Shown here in pieces: positions 13,438-28,169 of a DNA stretch of 64,000 nucleotides. The notes under the pieces were generated by a model, which was not told the origin of the DNA, searched no databases, and saw nothing but the letters and a program-made list of their open reading frames with translations. The DNA is from Octopus vulgaris (Eukaryota), in NCBI GenBank assembly GCA_951406725.2, contig OX597833.1, forward strand, positions 63,736,001 through 63,800,000, read 5' to 3'. Numbering within the stretch: position 1 is the stretch's first letter; each line of letters begins with the position of its first letter. The position numbers and the translations under genes were made by a program.

Positions 13438-13820
13438 GGAAGCACTCCGTCGGTTACGACGACGAGGGTTCCGGTTGATCCGAATCAACGGAACAGCCTG
13501 CTCGTGAAATTAACGTGTAAGTGGCTGAGCACTCCACAGACACGTGCACCCTTAACGTAGTTCTCGGGGATATTCAGCGTGACACAGAAAGTGACAAGGC
13601 CGGCCCTTTTGAAATACAGGTACAACAGAAACAGGAAGTAAGAGTGAGAGAAAGTTGTGGTGAAAGAGTACAGCAGGGATCACCACCATCCCCTGCCGGA
13701 ATCCTCGTGGAGCTTTAGGTGTTTTCGCTCAATAAACACTCACAACGCCCGGTCTGGGAATCGAAACCGCGATCCTACGACCGCGAGTCCGCTGCCCTAA
13801 CCACTGGGCCATTGCGACTC
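13438..13820 (-). mobile_element. SINE family C, full length
   Basis: Matches the family; probable TSD catatatata at 13427-13436 and 13821-13830. Confidence 0.92.
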
Positions 13821-14359
13821 CATATATATATATTCGTAGTCGCAACCGACGGAGCACCAGTTTCTTCTTTTATTACCGAGCACTAATAATTTCCAAGCAT
13901 TAAAACAGATACAAGCCTTTAATACACTTCTATTATTAGTCCGTAATACGTTTTATACATTAACAATACATATGCTTCTAACAATAAATAATGTTTCCTA
14001 ATCTAATAATAATTTTAATACTCGAAAAAAGTCTTTGGCCTTCAGAAATGTATTTTGGGCTGTTTTACACCACAATAACGTATTTCTAATATTAAACCTT
14101 GCTCCCTCACCACACACCCGGCATGTGATAATAATTTACTATTACGAATGCCATTCCTATTAATGTGGTTGTGTTTTGTCTGCAGCCACTCCCTCGTAGA
14201 CCATTACAAAAGCTTCCTTCATATTTCGTTTGGTATTTTTGCTAACCATGACCTGCCATTTTACACATGCATTTCCTGGTAGATATCATGCGACAAACAT
14301 CCTGTAGGACACTTTTTCTAAGAACTGTATAACTTGTACTCGCTTTTAAGTCGTCACTA

Positions 14360-14846
<487 letters not shown>

Positions 14847-14967
14847 TGATTCATTAATATAAATGTTAATCATTATTATTACGTTTTGGTTGAAATAATT
14901 AAGGAGTTGGTTATAACACATTTTCACTCGCCATTAAATTTCGGAGGTTATGCTTAAAGCAGAAAGG

Positions 14968-15044
<77 letters not shown>

Positions 15045-15077
15045 TACTATTATTATTATTATTGTTATTATTATCAC

Positions 15078-15193
<116 letters not shown>

Positions 15194-15227
15194 TACTATT
15201 ACTATTATTATTATTATTATTATTATT

Positions 15228-15639
15228 GAGAAAGCAGCGCACGCCATCAAAGTGAAACTAGGGTACAAATATACGAAGTCTAATATACCCATTATGACTA
15301 TCCATTTCCTAAGGGTACATGAGGTACATACATCACGACCATATATGTACGACATGGTTTATCTTGCATCAAAATAAACAACGCATGACCTTGCAGGTGG
15401 GGCCCAGTTAGAATTTTCTTCAGGTTGAGTAACCCATCTTGCTCAAAAGGTCCCTGAATAAGGGTTTGTTTAAGGACATCGAATGAAGCACTCATGTTTC
15501 TTAGTTGAATTATTTAAACCCCAAAGACTTCCTCTCAACATATGGCTATGATGCTCCCCCACTACTTCTGCTCGTGATCAGAGATGCACATATCCTCAGC
15601 CATTAAGGGACATGCTCAACTGGTTAAGGTCAAGCAACT
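15228..15639 (-). mobile_element. Family D element with 3' end in (AAT)n
   Basis: Aligns over ~410 bp to 29116-29555. Confidence 0.85.
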
Positions 15640-15644
15640 TTTAT

Positions 15645-16050
15645 GGTTATCATCATCATCCTCATCATCTACATCCTCATTGCCATCATCACCATCATCA
15701 TCATTATCGTCATCATCATCATATTCATCATCACCATCATCATCACCACCGACTCCCCTGCCGCCGCCGCCGCCACCACCACCACCACCACCACAAACAC
15801 CGCCACCTAGACCCCCCCACCACCATCATCACCACCACCACCATCATCATCATCGCCGTCGTCGTCATTCTTCTTCTTCTTCTTCTTCTTCTTCTTCTTC
15901 TTCTTCTTCTTCTTCTTCTTCTTCTTCTTCTACGTCTTCTTCTTCTTCTTGTCCTCCTCCTCCTCCGTCTCGTCCTCCTCTTCCTCCTCCTCCACCTTCT
16001 TTTCCTCCTCCTCCTCTTCCTCCTTCTTCTTCTTCTTCTTCTTAATAGTT

Positions 16051-16097
<47 letters not shown>
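15645..16097. repeat. Compound trinucleotide array (CAT/CCG/CCA/TTC/CCT/GTA)
   Basis: Direct reading. Confidence 0.95.
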
Positions 16098-16098
<1 letters not shown>

Positions 16099-16563
16099 AA
16101 TCCCCATGGTGATAACTCTGACACTCAACCTCATCTTTCAATTATTCCGTAATAATCTTCGCTTGACTTCTTAGAGAGTTTCTCTCTTAGGTCAGCGTTT
16201 CATACAATATTAATGTTCTGTTGTTTTTTTTGGGTTTTTTTCGCTTCTTTCGCTGACTTTCCTCTCATCATAGTTTAAATCTTATTTTATAAAACTTCAT
16301 TAATTATTTATAGAATTTTACCATTATGTACTTAGTATCACACACATAAAACGTATAAAACCTAATCAAAACTGAATTGATTTAAACGTAATATTCCCGT
16401 TTGTGTCTTTAATATCTTCTGTGTAACAGGAACTGCAGCTCATATAAAGCATTTTAAAATTTATATAAAAATCAATAGCATTTTTTCTTTTTGTCATTTT
16501 TCAGCTGTACTCAAAATACACCTTTAACGTACTTAATACCATTATTTAAAATGCCAGCAGTAA

Positions 16564-17069
16564 TCTATATATATAAAACTCTAGTTGTGTGAGTGTCTGT
16601 CCCCTTCGATTTAGATTCCTAACTCCTCCCACATTTTGCGGTGCAGTTTAACCAAATTCGGGTATCTTATAGTCGTGATTCATATCGAGCCCGTCTGACT
16701 ATTAGCGCGCGTCAACGATGAGTCTACGATTTTAAAAATAATTTAACATCATTTTTTATTCCATTTTAATGCATAAAATGCATCGTGTGTCGATGGCGGC
16801 GGAGTTGGCGTCCACGCTCACAGCTGCACCTGTTTGCTTCTCCCCCTTCCCTCCCTCGTGAAGCTGTGGGGAAGGGAGTGTAAAGAAATCAACGTCGTAA
16901 TGCGTTGTGAAGGAAACCAGCGTTCTTTTAGAACAACGACTTCATGGCTTGAAGACACCAAAACAAAAATGGCTAAGAAAGCCCGAATTTATAAGGGAAG
17001 TAACTCTCTAAAAATGCTTATATAGTTATTTCCCTTACAAACCCGAGCAACGCCGGGTGATACTGCTAG
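16564..17069 (+). mobile_element. Non-autonomous Helitron, complete
   Basis: 5' TC (a|tctatatatataaaa), subterminal hairpin ACCCG-agcaacgc-CGGGT at 17041-17058, 3' CTAG|t; inserted between A and T with no TSD. Confidence 0.85.
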
Positions 17070-17657
17070 TCGTTTATAAAAACCTTATCTGAAAGATAAT
17101 ATAATCTATTTTTCCCCTGTATATTAAAGATACAAGGAGAGATTAAGATATATATTTAAGCATCTTAATTCAAATACATTCAGAATCGCCGTTTTTTTTT
17201 TTTGTAGATATTTTTGTTTTATTATCTATGCATGTCATCTTTGTTTGTTTTTTTTTATATCGCAGCATATTTTACTGGTTCGGAAAAAAAATTATGTATG
17301 TCATAAGTAATATATGTTCAATTCATATTAGATACATCATCATTAAGAGTTTTGTCAAACGAACTAACCTCAGTGCTTATGCTTGCTTTTAAATCCTGGT
17401 ACTTATTATATCGATCTGCTTTGACGAACCGCTGTGGTTACGGGAACGTAAACATACTAACACCGGCTGGCAAGCCATGGTGGAGGACAACCAAAGAGAC
17501 GAAGTCACGCATTCAACCCACCACACATATATGCATATTTTTAAAACGAAACAAACGCTACCTTCTGGCATAATTCTTTTAGAGTTATGGCCCTTCCATA
17601 TTCTGTATTATTATCGTTAAAGTCAAAACTTGATTTAAATAATAAAAAAAAATCAAC

Positions 17658-17823
17658 GTAGGCGTAGGAGTGGCTGTGTGGTAAGTAGCTTGCTTACGAA
17701 CCACATGGTTCCGTGTGCAATCCCACTACGTGGCACCTTGGGCAACTGTTTTTTACTAAAGCCTCAGGCCGACCAGAGCCCTTGTGAGTGGATTTAGTAG
17801 GCGGAAACTGAAAGAAGCCCGTA

Positions 17824-17860
<37 letters not shown>

Positions 17861-18010
17861 TGTGATGGTGTGTGTGTGTGTATATGTATATATATACATG
17901 TGTGTATATATTAGTGTGTCTGTGTTTGTCCCCCCACCATTGCTTGACAACTAATGCTGCTGTGTTTACGTCCCCGTAACGTAGCGGTTCGGCAAAAGAG
18001 ACGGATAGAA
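17658..18010 (+). mobile_element. SINE family A, 3'-truncated and fused to a family B tail (~18015-18115)
   Basis: gtaggcgtaggagtggctgtgtggtaagtagc head with internal (TA)n. Confidence 0.85.
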
Positions 18011-18638
18011 TATTTGTTTTTCTGGAGTCGATAAATTAAATACCAGTTGAGTACTGAAATCGACTTGCCCCTTCGCCTAAAATTTCAGGCATTGTGCTTA
18101 TGGTAGAAAAGATTACTTGTAACTTTGAATACTCCGAGTTCTATCGTAAAAATGATTTATTGCATATCTCTCCAAGTTTCTAAGATAACAAAAATAATCT
18201 TGTAATATAAGCAACATGGCGTTTACGCCGGTGAGAACAACGCTTCTAAAGCAGGTAGAAGAAATCCAGAGGAACGATTCGAAGCACATATCATATTTAC
18301 GAACGTGGGTTCGCGACACACATCCAGCTTTTTGACTTTTGCCTACCCAAGTAGTTTTTATTTTTTTATCTAATATTCTACATGCTATCAAGGGGTGAGC
18401 GAGCAAAATCGCTACCGCGCCTGGCTTTTTGCGTTCTGAGTCGGAATTCCTTTAAAGTCAGGAACTTTTCTGCCCACTCCCATCCGTGGGTATTCACTCT
18501 CCTTTGTAACATAGCAATTCATTTCTCTGAATATCTTCTATGTTTAATAAACTTGTCATCTCCGTTCACTCCTCCGACAATTCGGGAGATGAAACAAAAT
18601 ATCCCCTTTATACGTAGTCAATTTGGCTCCTATTAATA

Positions 18639-18653
18639 CGTGTGTGTGTGTAT

Positions 18654-18734
<81 letters not shown>

Positions 18735-18773
18735 TGTGTGAGTGTGTGTGTGTGTATGTGTGTGTGAGTGTGT

Positions 18774-18812
<39 letters not shown>

Positions 18813-18982
18813 TGTGTGTATGTGTGTGTGAGTGTGCGTGTATGTGTGTGAGTGTGTGTGAGTGAGTGTGAGTGTGTGTGAGTGTGTATGAGTGTGTGTG
18901 TGTGAGTGTGTGTGTGTGTGTGAGTGCGTATGAGTGTGTGTATGTGTGTGTGTATGTGTGTGTGAGTGTGTGTGTGTGTGTA
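18639..18982. repeat. (TG)n microsatellite, interrupted
   Basis: Direct reading. Confidence 0.97.
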
Positions 18983-19726
18983 CATTAGCCAGGAGTGTTA
19001 TATAAGATTTAATACAGCGGTCAGTAAGAAATGAATATTGGTAATACATGGCTGCACCCGACTGCACATCTGACGGCTCTGTCTTAACGTTAATGTTTCG
19101 CGGTTCATTTAACAACCTTACATAGTCATTCATACGCATGCTCGCGTGCGTGCCCGCGCACACACACACACACAAACACGCACACATTCACACAAACACG
19201 CAAGCACACACACATATACAGAAACACACACAGACTCAGACAAACAGAATTTGGCCTTCTGCCTAACTAATTGTTTGTAGATACATATAAATACACAAAT
19301 TCATACATATATGATTATATATATATATATATATATACATATATACATACTAAGATGTATACGCACCTATATAAATATATGCATACACAGAGGTTATAGT
19401 TTACAAAAGTAACAGGAAGTTATTGTTCAATATGTGGTGAAGAGCGTATTAGTATGCAAAAACACGAAGACACGCGCCTAGATGAATGCGTAGCTGTATG
19501 CATGAGCTTAATACATACATATACATACATATATGTATGTATATATATACATACATAAATATATATATATAATGTCTATATCTATATATATCTATCTGTC
19601 TGTCTGTCTGTCTGTCTCTCTATATATATAGGGAGAAAGAGAGTGAGAGAGAAAGAACAACATAGTGTAGCTTTACGAATACATTCATATACATACACAT
19701 ATATATATATGTATATATATGTATAT

Positions 19727-19774
<48 letters not shown>

Positions 19775-19779
19775 ATGTG

Positions 19780-19812
<33 letters not shown>

Positions 19813-19844
19813 GTATGCATATATATATATACATATATGCATAC

Positions 19845-19910
<66 letters not shown>

Positions 19911-19974
19911 CATAGCAAAAATTTAGATTCAGATGAATTAGGTACTCAAGTTGAGGCACCAGATATATACATAT

Positions 19975-20029
<55 letters not shown>

Positions 20030-20559
20030 CATACATATATATTTATATATATACACACACACGTATATATGTGTATATTTATATACACACATATATATAC
20101 AAATACACAGATACACACACATATATATATATATATGCATGTATGCATATATTCATATACATGTGTGTGTGTATTAAAAGTAGAACCCATGGATAACCTG
20201 CAGGAGAATCAGAAATTGAGATTATATATATCTATACACATCCTAGGGTCTTATCTCCTCTCTAGCGGACCAGTGATTACTTATCCCGCTCCCTTTCAGT
20301 TTACCAAATTTAGATGCAGCATAGAAACATCATACGGAGAATTGCATAATTTGAGATCACCCCTGGTGGGTATTGAACTCTGGCAAGATAGGTAACCAAC
20401 CGGATAACACCATGTCATGTGACTGCTTTTCCTTCTTCGCCTTCCGGATATCAGTTTTCCCGCTGACGAAAAAAAACGTTAACCAGGGTTCTAGGATATT
20501 GTATGTCATCATCTCGATGATCTGTGATAGGGAGATGCTGCTGAGGCTGTTATTATCGT

Positions 20560-21090
20560 TGATGTGGTAGAATCGTCAGCACGCCGGGCGAGGGCGAATT
20601 GCTTAGCAGTATTTCGTCTGCCGCTACGAGCAGAGTTCAAATTCCGCCGAGCTCGATTTGCCTTTCATCCTTTCGGGGTCGATTAAATAAGTACCAGTTA
20701 CGCACTGGGGTCGATATAATCGACTTAATCCCCTTGTCTGTCCTTGTTTGTCCTCTCTGCCTTTATCCCCTTGTGGGTAGTAAAGAAATAGGTATTTCGT
20801 CTGCCGTTACGTTGTGAGTTCAAATTTCGCCGAGGTCGACTTTGCCTTTCATCCTTTCGGGGTCGATAAATTAAGTACCAGTTACGCACTGGGGTCGATA
20901 TAATCAACTTAATACGTTTGTCTGTCCTTGTTTGTCCCCTCTGTGCTTAGCCCCTTGTGGGTAGTAAAGAAATAGGTATTTCGTCTGTCTTTACGTTCTG
21001 AGTTCAAATTCCACTAAGATCAACTTTACTTTTCATCCCTTCGGGCTCATCCCCGCAAAATTTCAGGCCTTCAAACCTTAGTAGAAAAGG
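20560..21090 (+). mobile_element. SINE family B multimer (about 3 units)
   Basis: Junction aaagaaata|ggtatttcgtctg at ~20791 and ~20975. Confidence 0.88.
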
Positions 21091-21454
21091 TAACTGTTCA
21101 TGACGATTTTGTTGCTGATGGTGGAAACGTGGTCCTTTGTGATCGGGCTGAGAGGCTTATAATAAAACCCTTTCCAGTGATGACCGTCCCGTTCTATTTT
21201 CTTAGGTTCCAGATTACATTTTGCCTGTCATTTTCTTTGATGATTGCAATGCATATTTTGGAGAAGATTTGATTGTTATTTCTAGAAAGGAAAACTTCTT
21301 GGTTCATTCAATGTACTGTGGGATATTTACATTTTATTTTAGCTACGAATCACACTTAATCATGTAAAACTCTTCTCAAAAGCGTTTCGTCCAGGACCAT
21401 CCCACCTTCGTACAAATCGGCGGAATTTGAACTCAGAAGTTGAAGGCGGATGAT

Positions 21455-21590
21455 ATGCTGCTTCGGCAACCTTACGGCGACGAGGCAATGGGTCGTACAC
21501 AATGTTTCGAGTGGCACGGGCGCTTCAAAAGTGGAAGAACGTCCCTAGAAGAAAATGAGCGATCTGGGAGACCTCCCACGAGCATCACCT
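21455..21590 (+). mobile_element. Mariner transposase N-terminal HTH fragment
   Basis: LRQPYGDEAMGRTQCFEWHGRFKSGRTSLEENERSGRP matches the mariner YG.EA.S...VFEW..RFK.GR.S.ED..RSGRP pattern. Confidence 0.85.
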
Positions 21591-22259
21591 CCTCACCCCG
21601 GTTGTTCCCCTGGTGTGCGAACGATTCTGCTACCTGTCTGGTAGAGATGTTCTCGTCGCTCCTCTCCGCCTATCGGTCACCTACGCGAGTACGTGCCTCT
21701 TGACCGTATATGGCCGACGTGTCCTGCCACGAGAGTCACCCACGTCTCTTGTCCCGGTGTGCGAACCATTCTGCTAGCTGTCTGGAAGGGATGCTCTCGT
21801 CGTTTCTTTCTGTCCACCGATCACCTACGCGAGCACGTGCCTTTTGACCCCATTTGACTGGCGTGTCCTACCATGAGCGTCACCCCCGATTCTGCTAGTT
21901 TACCACCGTATTGTATGTAATAATATTGATTCGGAATCTTTTAAAATGATGTTCAGAAAGTCCATCACGCACGAAATAAGCAAAAGACAAAATCGAAGAA
22001 AATTAAATAAAAATATTGAAAAAAGTTTAATATGAAATAGACGGTGGAAAGAAGAAACAACATCAATAAGAATTAAAAGAATATCATTTAACAAAAACAA
22101 TAATACAACAACAATAACAATAGCAAGAATAATCGATAATAACAACAATAGTACGGTTAGAATAAGTACAACTATAATAACAACGACCATCACAAAAACA
22201 ACAGCAATATTAACGACCATCACCACAACAGCAACAACAACAACAGTATGAACGATCGC

Positions 22260-22293
22260 AATAATGATGATGATGATGATAATAATAATAATG

Positions 22294-22363
<70 letters not shown>

Positions 22364-22597
22364 TAATGATACGCCGTTACCACAATTATAACTATCTCCA
22401 CAGTGCAACCACCGCAATCAGAAAACACCAGCAGCACCACCGCCATCTACACCACTACCACCGCCACAACCACAATATCGCATGCACTACCACAGCAACC
22501 ATAAACGTCGCAATCACCACTCTTACAGTTACCACAAACATTCCTCCATGTCGTCCCAGCCCACCACTCCACCACCACCACCACCACCACCACCACC

Positions 22598-22650
<53 letters not shown>

Positions 22651-22703
22651 CATCATCATCGTCATCAGTCGGCAAGAACTGGAAACCAAACTGAAAGTAG
22701 AAA

Positions 22704-22777
<74 letters not shown>

Positions 22778-23304
22778 TGAAGAAGAAGAAGAAGAAGAAG
22801 AAGAAGAAGAAGAAGAAGAAGAAGAAGAAGAAGAAGAAGAAGAAGAAGAAGAAAAAGAAGAAGAAGAAGAAGAAGAAGAAGAATTGACAGTATGGTAAGA
22901 ACACATGTTTAACGGGCGATCAATCATCGAAACAACCAAATCTAAGACTTTTTCTAGACTTTACTGGCACCGATCCAAACTCATTACCGCCAACATCACC
23001 ATGACCATCACCACGGTCATCAGCGTCACGAACACATCACAACCGCCACCGCCGCCGAAAAGCATCAACATCGCCACTATCAACCCCACCGTCACTACTA
23101 CCAACGCCATCAGTACCAACCACCTCCTCTCCTCCCTCACCTTCTTCCTCCTCCACTTCCACAAAATCGTCATCATCATCATCATCACAAGGGAAAATAT
23201 AAACTCGATTACAGTAACCATGATGATGATGATAATGATGATGATGATAGTGATGTTAATGATGATGATGATGATGATGATGATGATGTTGATGATGATG
23301 GTGG

Positions 23305-23339
<35 letters not shown>

Positions 23340-23358
23340 GTGATGGTAATGGTGGTGG

Positions 23359-23396
<38 letters not shown>

Positions 23397-23496
23397 GCAA
23401 TCATGACGATGATGATGCTAATGGTGTCGGTTGTTAACAGTTGTAGTCACAGTGGCATATGAACCGCTATCTCACCATCATTAACACACGTCAATG

Positions 23497-23533
<37 letters not shown>

Positions 23534-23560
23534 CACTACTACTACTACTACTACGACTAC
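22260..23560. repeat. Chain of trinucleotide microsatellites (AAT, CCA, CAT, ACT, AAG, GAT)
   Basis: Direct reading. Confidence 0.95.
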
Positions 23561-23969
23561 TAGTCCAGTACTGTGCTACAACACCCATCATCACAGAATC
23601 ACGGTGGCAGCCTGCTCCACCGTCCCACTTCAACGCCACACTGCCCGGAACCCTACCATATTATACTTTAAGAGTCCTTTCCTGATACTCTATCAATATC
23701 ACGCTAATGTATGACGTCTATGCCACAACCGTGCAATTATATCACCGCAGGTCACCGCCTCTGATGCCAAGTCACTGACACTCCGAAGGACCTAAACCCG
23801 TCATCAACACACTTACCCCTCTACCAGCATCACCAACACCACACCACCAAACAACAACAGCAACAACCACAACCACCAGTTTTACCACCACAACCGCAAC
23901 TAACGCCACCATCGCCACAACCACCTGCACAACCAATATCACCAGTACCACCACGACCACGACCACCAT

Positions 23970-24390
23970 TTACCTATTTCTTTACAACCCACAAGAGGCT
24001 AAACACAGAGAGAACAGACAAGGATAGACAAACGGATTAAGTCGATTTCGTCGACCCCAGTGCGTAACTTGTATTTATTTAATCGACCCAGAAAGGATGA
24101 AACGCAAAGTCGACTTCGGCGGAATTTGAACTCAGAACGTAACGGCAGACGAAATACCTATTTCTTTACTACCCACAAGGGGCTAAACACAGAGGAGACA
24201 AACAAGGACAGGCAGACGGATTAAGTCGATTATATCGACCCCAGTGCGTAACTGGTACTTATTTAATCGACCCCGAACGGATGAAAGGCAAAGTCGACCT
24301 CGGCGGATTTTGAAGTCAGAACGTAACGGCAGACGAAATACGGCTACGCATTTCGCCCGGCGTGCTAACGTTTCTGCCAGCTCGCCGCCT
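23970..24390 (-). mobile_element. SINE family B dimer
   Basis: Two units; head ends gccagctcgccgcc at ~24390. Confidence 0.9.
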
Positions 24391-25628
24391 TAAATTTAAC
24401 ACCACCATTACCACCACCACCACCACCACCACCACCACCACTTCCAGCCCCTACTAACACTATTGCCGTTATAGTACATGACAGTAAGGAATACCAACTC
24501 TCTACCATTGCACTATTTTAACTCGACATTCTGTTACCGTGTTACAAATATCTTCAACTGTTTCTTGCAACACCGCAATCGCAACCATCTCGAGCACACC
24601 ACCACAACTAGAACTACCTCCACCATCGCAACCACAACGATCACCACCACCAACCCGAACACCAACCCCACAAGCACCACCTCAAGAACCATAACCGTCA
24701 GAGTCACTAGCCCTACAATTACCGCAAACATGCCACCACGACCACCACCGCCATAACTATAAAAATTACCATCAACACCACTACCACCACCACCACCACA
24801 ACGACTATAAAAATTATCACTAACGGGTGTCCACATCACCACCACCACCACCACCACTACCACATCCACCAGCAATATCAACACCACTATCGTCATCCCC
24901 TCCACTACCACCACCACCACCAACACCACCAGCACCACCGTCACAACCACTGTTGCCGCTATAGTACGTGACAACAATACCATTTCTTTAAAATTTCTTT
25001 AAAATAGCATCGTCTCAGCTGATGGACTCATTAATAAACAACCACAACCATCACCACCACTACCACCACCACCACCACCACCACCACCACTACCACCGCC
25101 ACCACCATTACCACCGCTGCCACCACAGCCAGAACTATCAGTTGAACGACAGCACTGCCGTAACCCTAGCATCATTTACGTTTTAAAATGTCGCCCAAGT
25201 CGGTCACAAGATTGATTCACTAAGGAAAGTTTAAATCGACACTACAATGTAGTTTAACTCAAACGACTTAATAACCGGCAATTTTCCGTTCTGAACCACC
25301 AACATACAGAATCTATGTCGACGATCTCGCTGGAAAGAGAGGAAGAGAAAGAAAGAAAGAAAGAATGAGAGAGAGAGAGAGAGAGGGAGAGAGAAGGAAA
25401 AACAAACAATACATAAAAGGATGGAAATTCCTAATGAAATTCCGGGCTTGCCTTTCGCTTAATTGCTGCACAATTAATTAAAATTAACAACATTTAAATA
25501 GCCAAGACCATCAATAAAACACTTAATAGAGAACCGACCGAATTCTGATTCAATCCCACGCGTTTGAGGACGAGTGAATATAAATATAAATATAAATATA
25601 AACATAGATATATATATATAAATATATA

Positions 25629-25722
<94 letters not shown>

Positions 25723-26016
25723 TATATATATATCGCATAGAGGAATATGGAATTGGAATTCAGGCAGGTAACTCTCTGATATATTCCAGAGTTGGCTAAC
25801 CACATTGAATGATAGGGAACATGCAGAGTTCTTTAAGATAAACAATTAAACAATTAAAAGGTGCTTTGATCACCTGGAAAAATTCTGAATTCTCTTAATT
25901 GGAATTTATACAGTATACGGAAAGGGTTAAATGTTGAACAAAGCTGCTGAGGAATGTCTACCTTGGATGAATATATAATGCAAAGAATCAACTAAATGCG
26001 CATAAATTATGGGGAT

Positions 26017-26401
26017 GGAAGCACTCCGTGGGTTCCGACGACGAGGGTTCCGGTTGATCCGAATCAACGGAACAGCCTGCTCGTGAAATTAACGTGTAAG
26101 TGGCTGAGCACTTCACAGACACGTGTACCCTTAACGTAGTTCTCGGGGATATTCAGCGTGACACAGAGAGTGACAAGGCCGGCCCCTTTGAAATACAGGT
26201 ACAACAGAAACAGGAAGTAAGAGTGAGAGAAAGTTGTGGCGAAAGAGTACAGCAGGGATCGCCACCACCCCCTGCCGGAGCCTCGTGGAGCTTTTAGGTG
26301 TTTTCGCTCAATAAACACTCACAACGCCCGGTCTGGGAATCGAAACCGCGATCCTACGACCGCGAGTCCGCTGCCCTAACCACTGGGCCATTGCGCCTCC
26401 A
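26017..26401 (-). mobile_element. SINE family C, full length
   Basis: TSD cgcataaatt at 25999-26008 and 26402-26411. Confidence 0.93.
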
Positions 26402-26414
26402 CGCATAAATTCTA

Positions 26415-26890
26415 CATCAAAGGACACTAGGAGCTCTCGACTGATGGTCTGGCCCTGGGGGAACGAATTCCCGATGCAAATCACATTTCCGGTGGTGACT
26501 CGCCTGGCAGGTTTTCCAGATTGCTCATCGTTTTCAGAGACGTTTTTCCGTTTTTTTGAAGCGCCCGTGCCACTCGAATCATTATGTACGGCCCATTGCC
26601 TCTTGCCGAAGCATGCTCAATGTCTCTGTAACAGATGTCCGAAGTTCAACGCAAAATATGACGTTGGCACTTTGTTCCAAATTCCTACCTGTGATTAAAA
26701 AATTCGCGGATTACAGCATACAGGTGATCACAAAATCACAAATTTCACAACATGCGAAGTTAACAAAGCGATGTCATTCGACGGACTTCTTCATAAAGGT
26801 TGCTGCTAGCTCTCACTGCATGCGCAACCGTGTGCTGCCCTATGTTGGCGCGCTACAGAACAAACCCGGGAACTTTTTGATACCACACCG
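26415..26890 (-). mobile_element. Internally deleted mariner element (5' TIR plus transposase pieces)
   Basis: TA|cggtgtggtatcaaaaagttcccggg terminus; minus-strand peptides LEQSANVIFCVEL..ETLSMLRQ, FEWHGRFK and EF.PQGQTI; same family as 21455. Confidence 0.8.
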
Positions 26891-27003
26891 TAACAGACAG
26901 GATGGTCAGCACTAGGAAGCTTTTGATGATGAATCTGTTCCGCCAGACCTCAGAAAAGAAAAACAAAGAGAAACAAACAAATAAACAAAATAATTGACGG
27001 TCC

Positions 27004-27977
27004 TTCGGTGGTGACGACGAGTGTTCCAGTTGATGCGTTGAACGGAACAGCCAGCTCGTAAAATAAACGTCCAGAAGTGGTTGAATATTCCACAGACACG
27101 CATACCCATAACGTAGTTCTCAGGGAGATTCAGCTTGACGGAGAATATGACAAGGCTGGCCCTATTGAATTACAGTGAATGGAGGAACATGGCCTAGTGG
27201 TTAGAGCAGTGAACTCGCGGTCGAGGAATCGCGGGTTCGAATCTCAGATCGGACGATGTGTGTGCTTATGAGCGAAACACCTAAAGCTCCACGCGGCTCC
27301 GGGAGAAGGCAATGGCGAACTTCTGCTGACTCTTTCACCACGACTTTCTCTCACTTTTCCACCTGTATCTTGCAGCTCACCTGCGACGGACCGGCGTCCC
27401 ATCCAGGAAACCGGCCGGCTTATGAGCCAGGTGTGGCTCGAGAAGGAACAATAATCTCATGGCTATATTTACGGGTACGATCTGCAACAGCTTACAGACA
27501 AACCTTCCTCAAATCAATAATCTCATGTGGTGGCACACGGCCTAGTGGTTAGAGTAGCGGACTCGCGGTCGATGGATTGCGGATTCGAATCTCAGACCGG
27601 CCGATGTGTGTGTTTATGAGCAAAACACCTAAGGTCCACACTACTCCGGCAGAAGGTAATGGCGAACGTCTGCTGAGTCTTTCACCACAACATTCTCTCA
27701 CTCTTTCCACTTGCATATTGCAGCTCACCTGCGACGGAGCGACGCCCCGTTCAGGTGGGGAACCTAAACGCCAAGGAAACCGGCCCTTATGAGCCAGGCA
27801 TGGCTTGAGAAGGAGCAAACAACAATTACAGGTACAACTCATTTTTTTCCAGCTGAGTGGACCGGAGCAACGTGAGATAGAGTGTCTTGCCGAAGGACGC
27901 AAACGCGCTGCCCGATATCGAACACACGATCCTACGATCCTATGCCAAATACCTTAACCACTGATCCACGTACTCCA
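27004..27977. mobile_element. Nested SINE cluster: an old minus-strand C-related SINE split by two plus-strand tRNA-headed SINEs (27180-27448, 27528-27823)
   Basis: The host resumes after the duplicated aattacag (27168-27175 and 27824-27831); both inserts have ggcctagtggttagag and ttcgaatctc boxes. Confidence 0.85.
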
Positions 27978-28169
27978 ACCTAGGGCTATAACAACAACAT
28001 TCACGGAAGCCAGATTGAGTACCAATTCCACCCTATTAGTTGTGTTACATTATACTGTAATGAGGGTGGATTATCTGAGGTTATTAACGTGGTTATTGGG
28101 AGGAGACAGGAAATAAAGTTATTTAGAAACAAGAAACTCCAGGATATCAAAGAATAAATTACTTTACCC

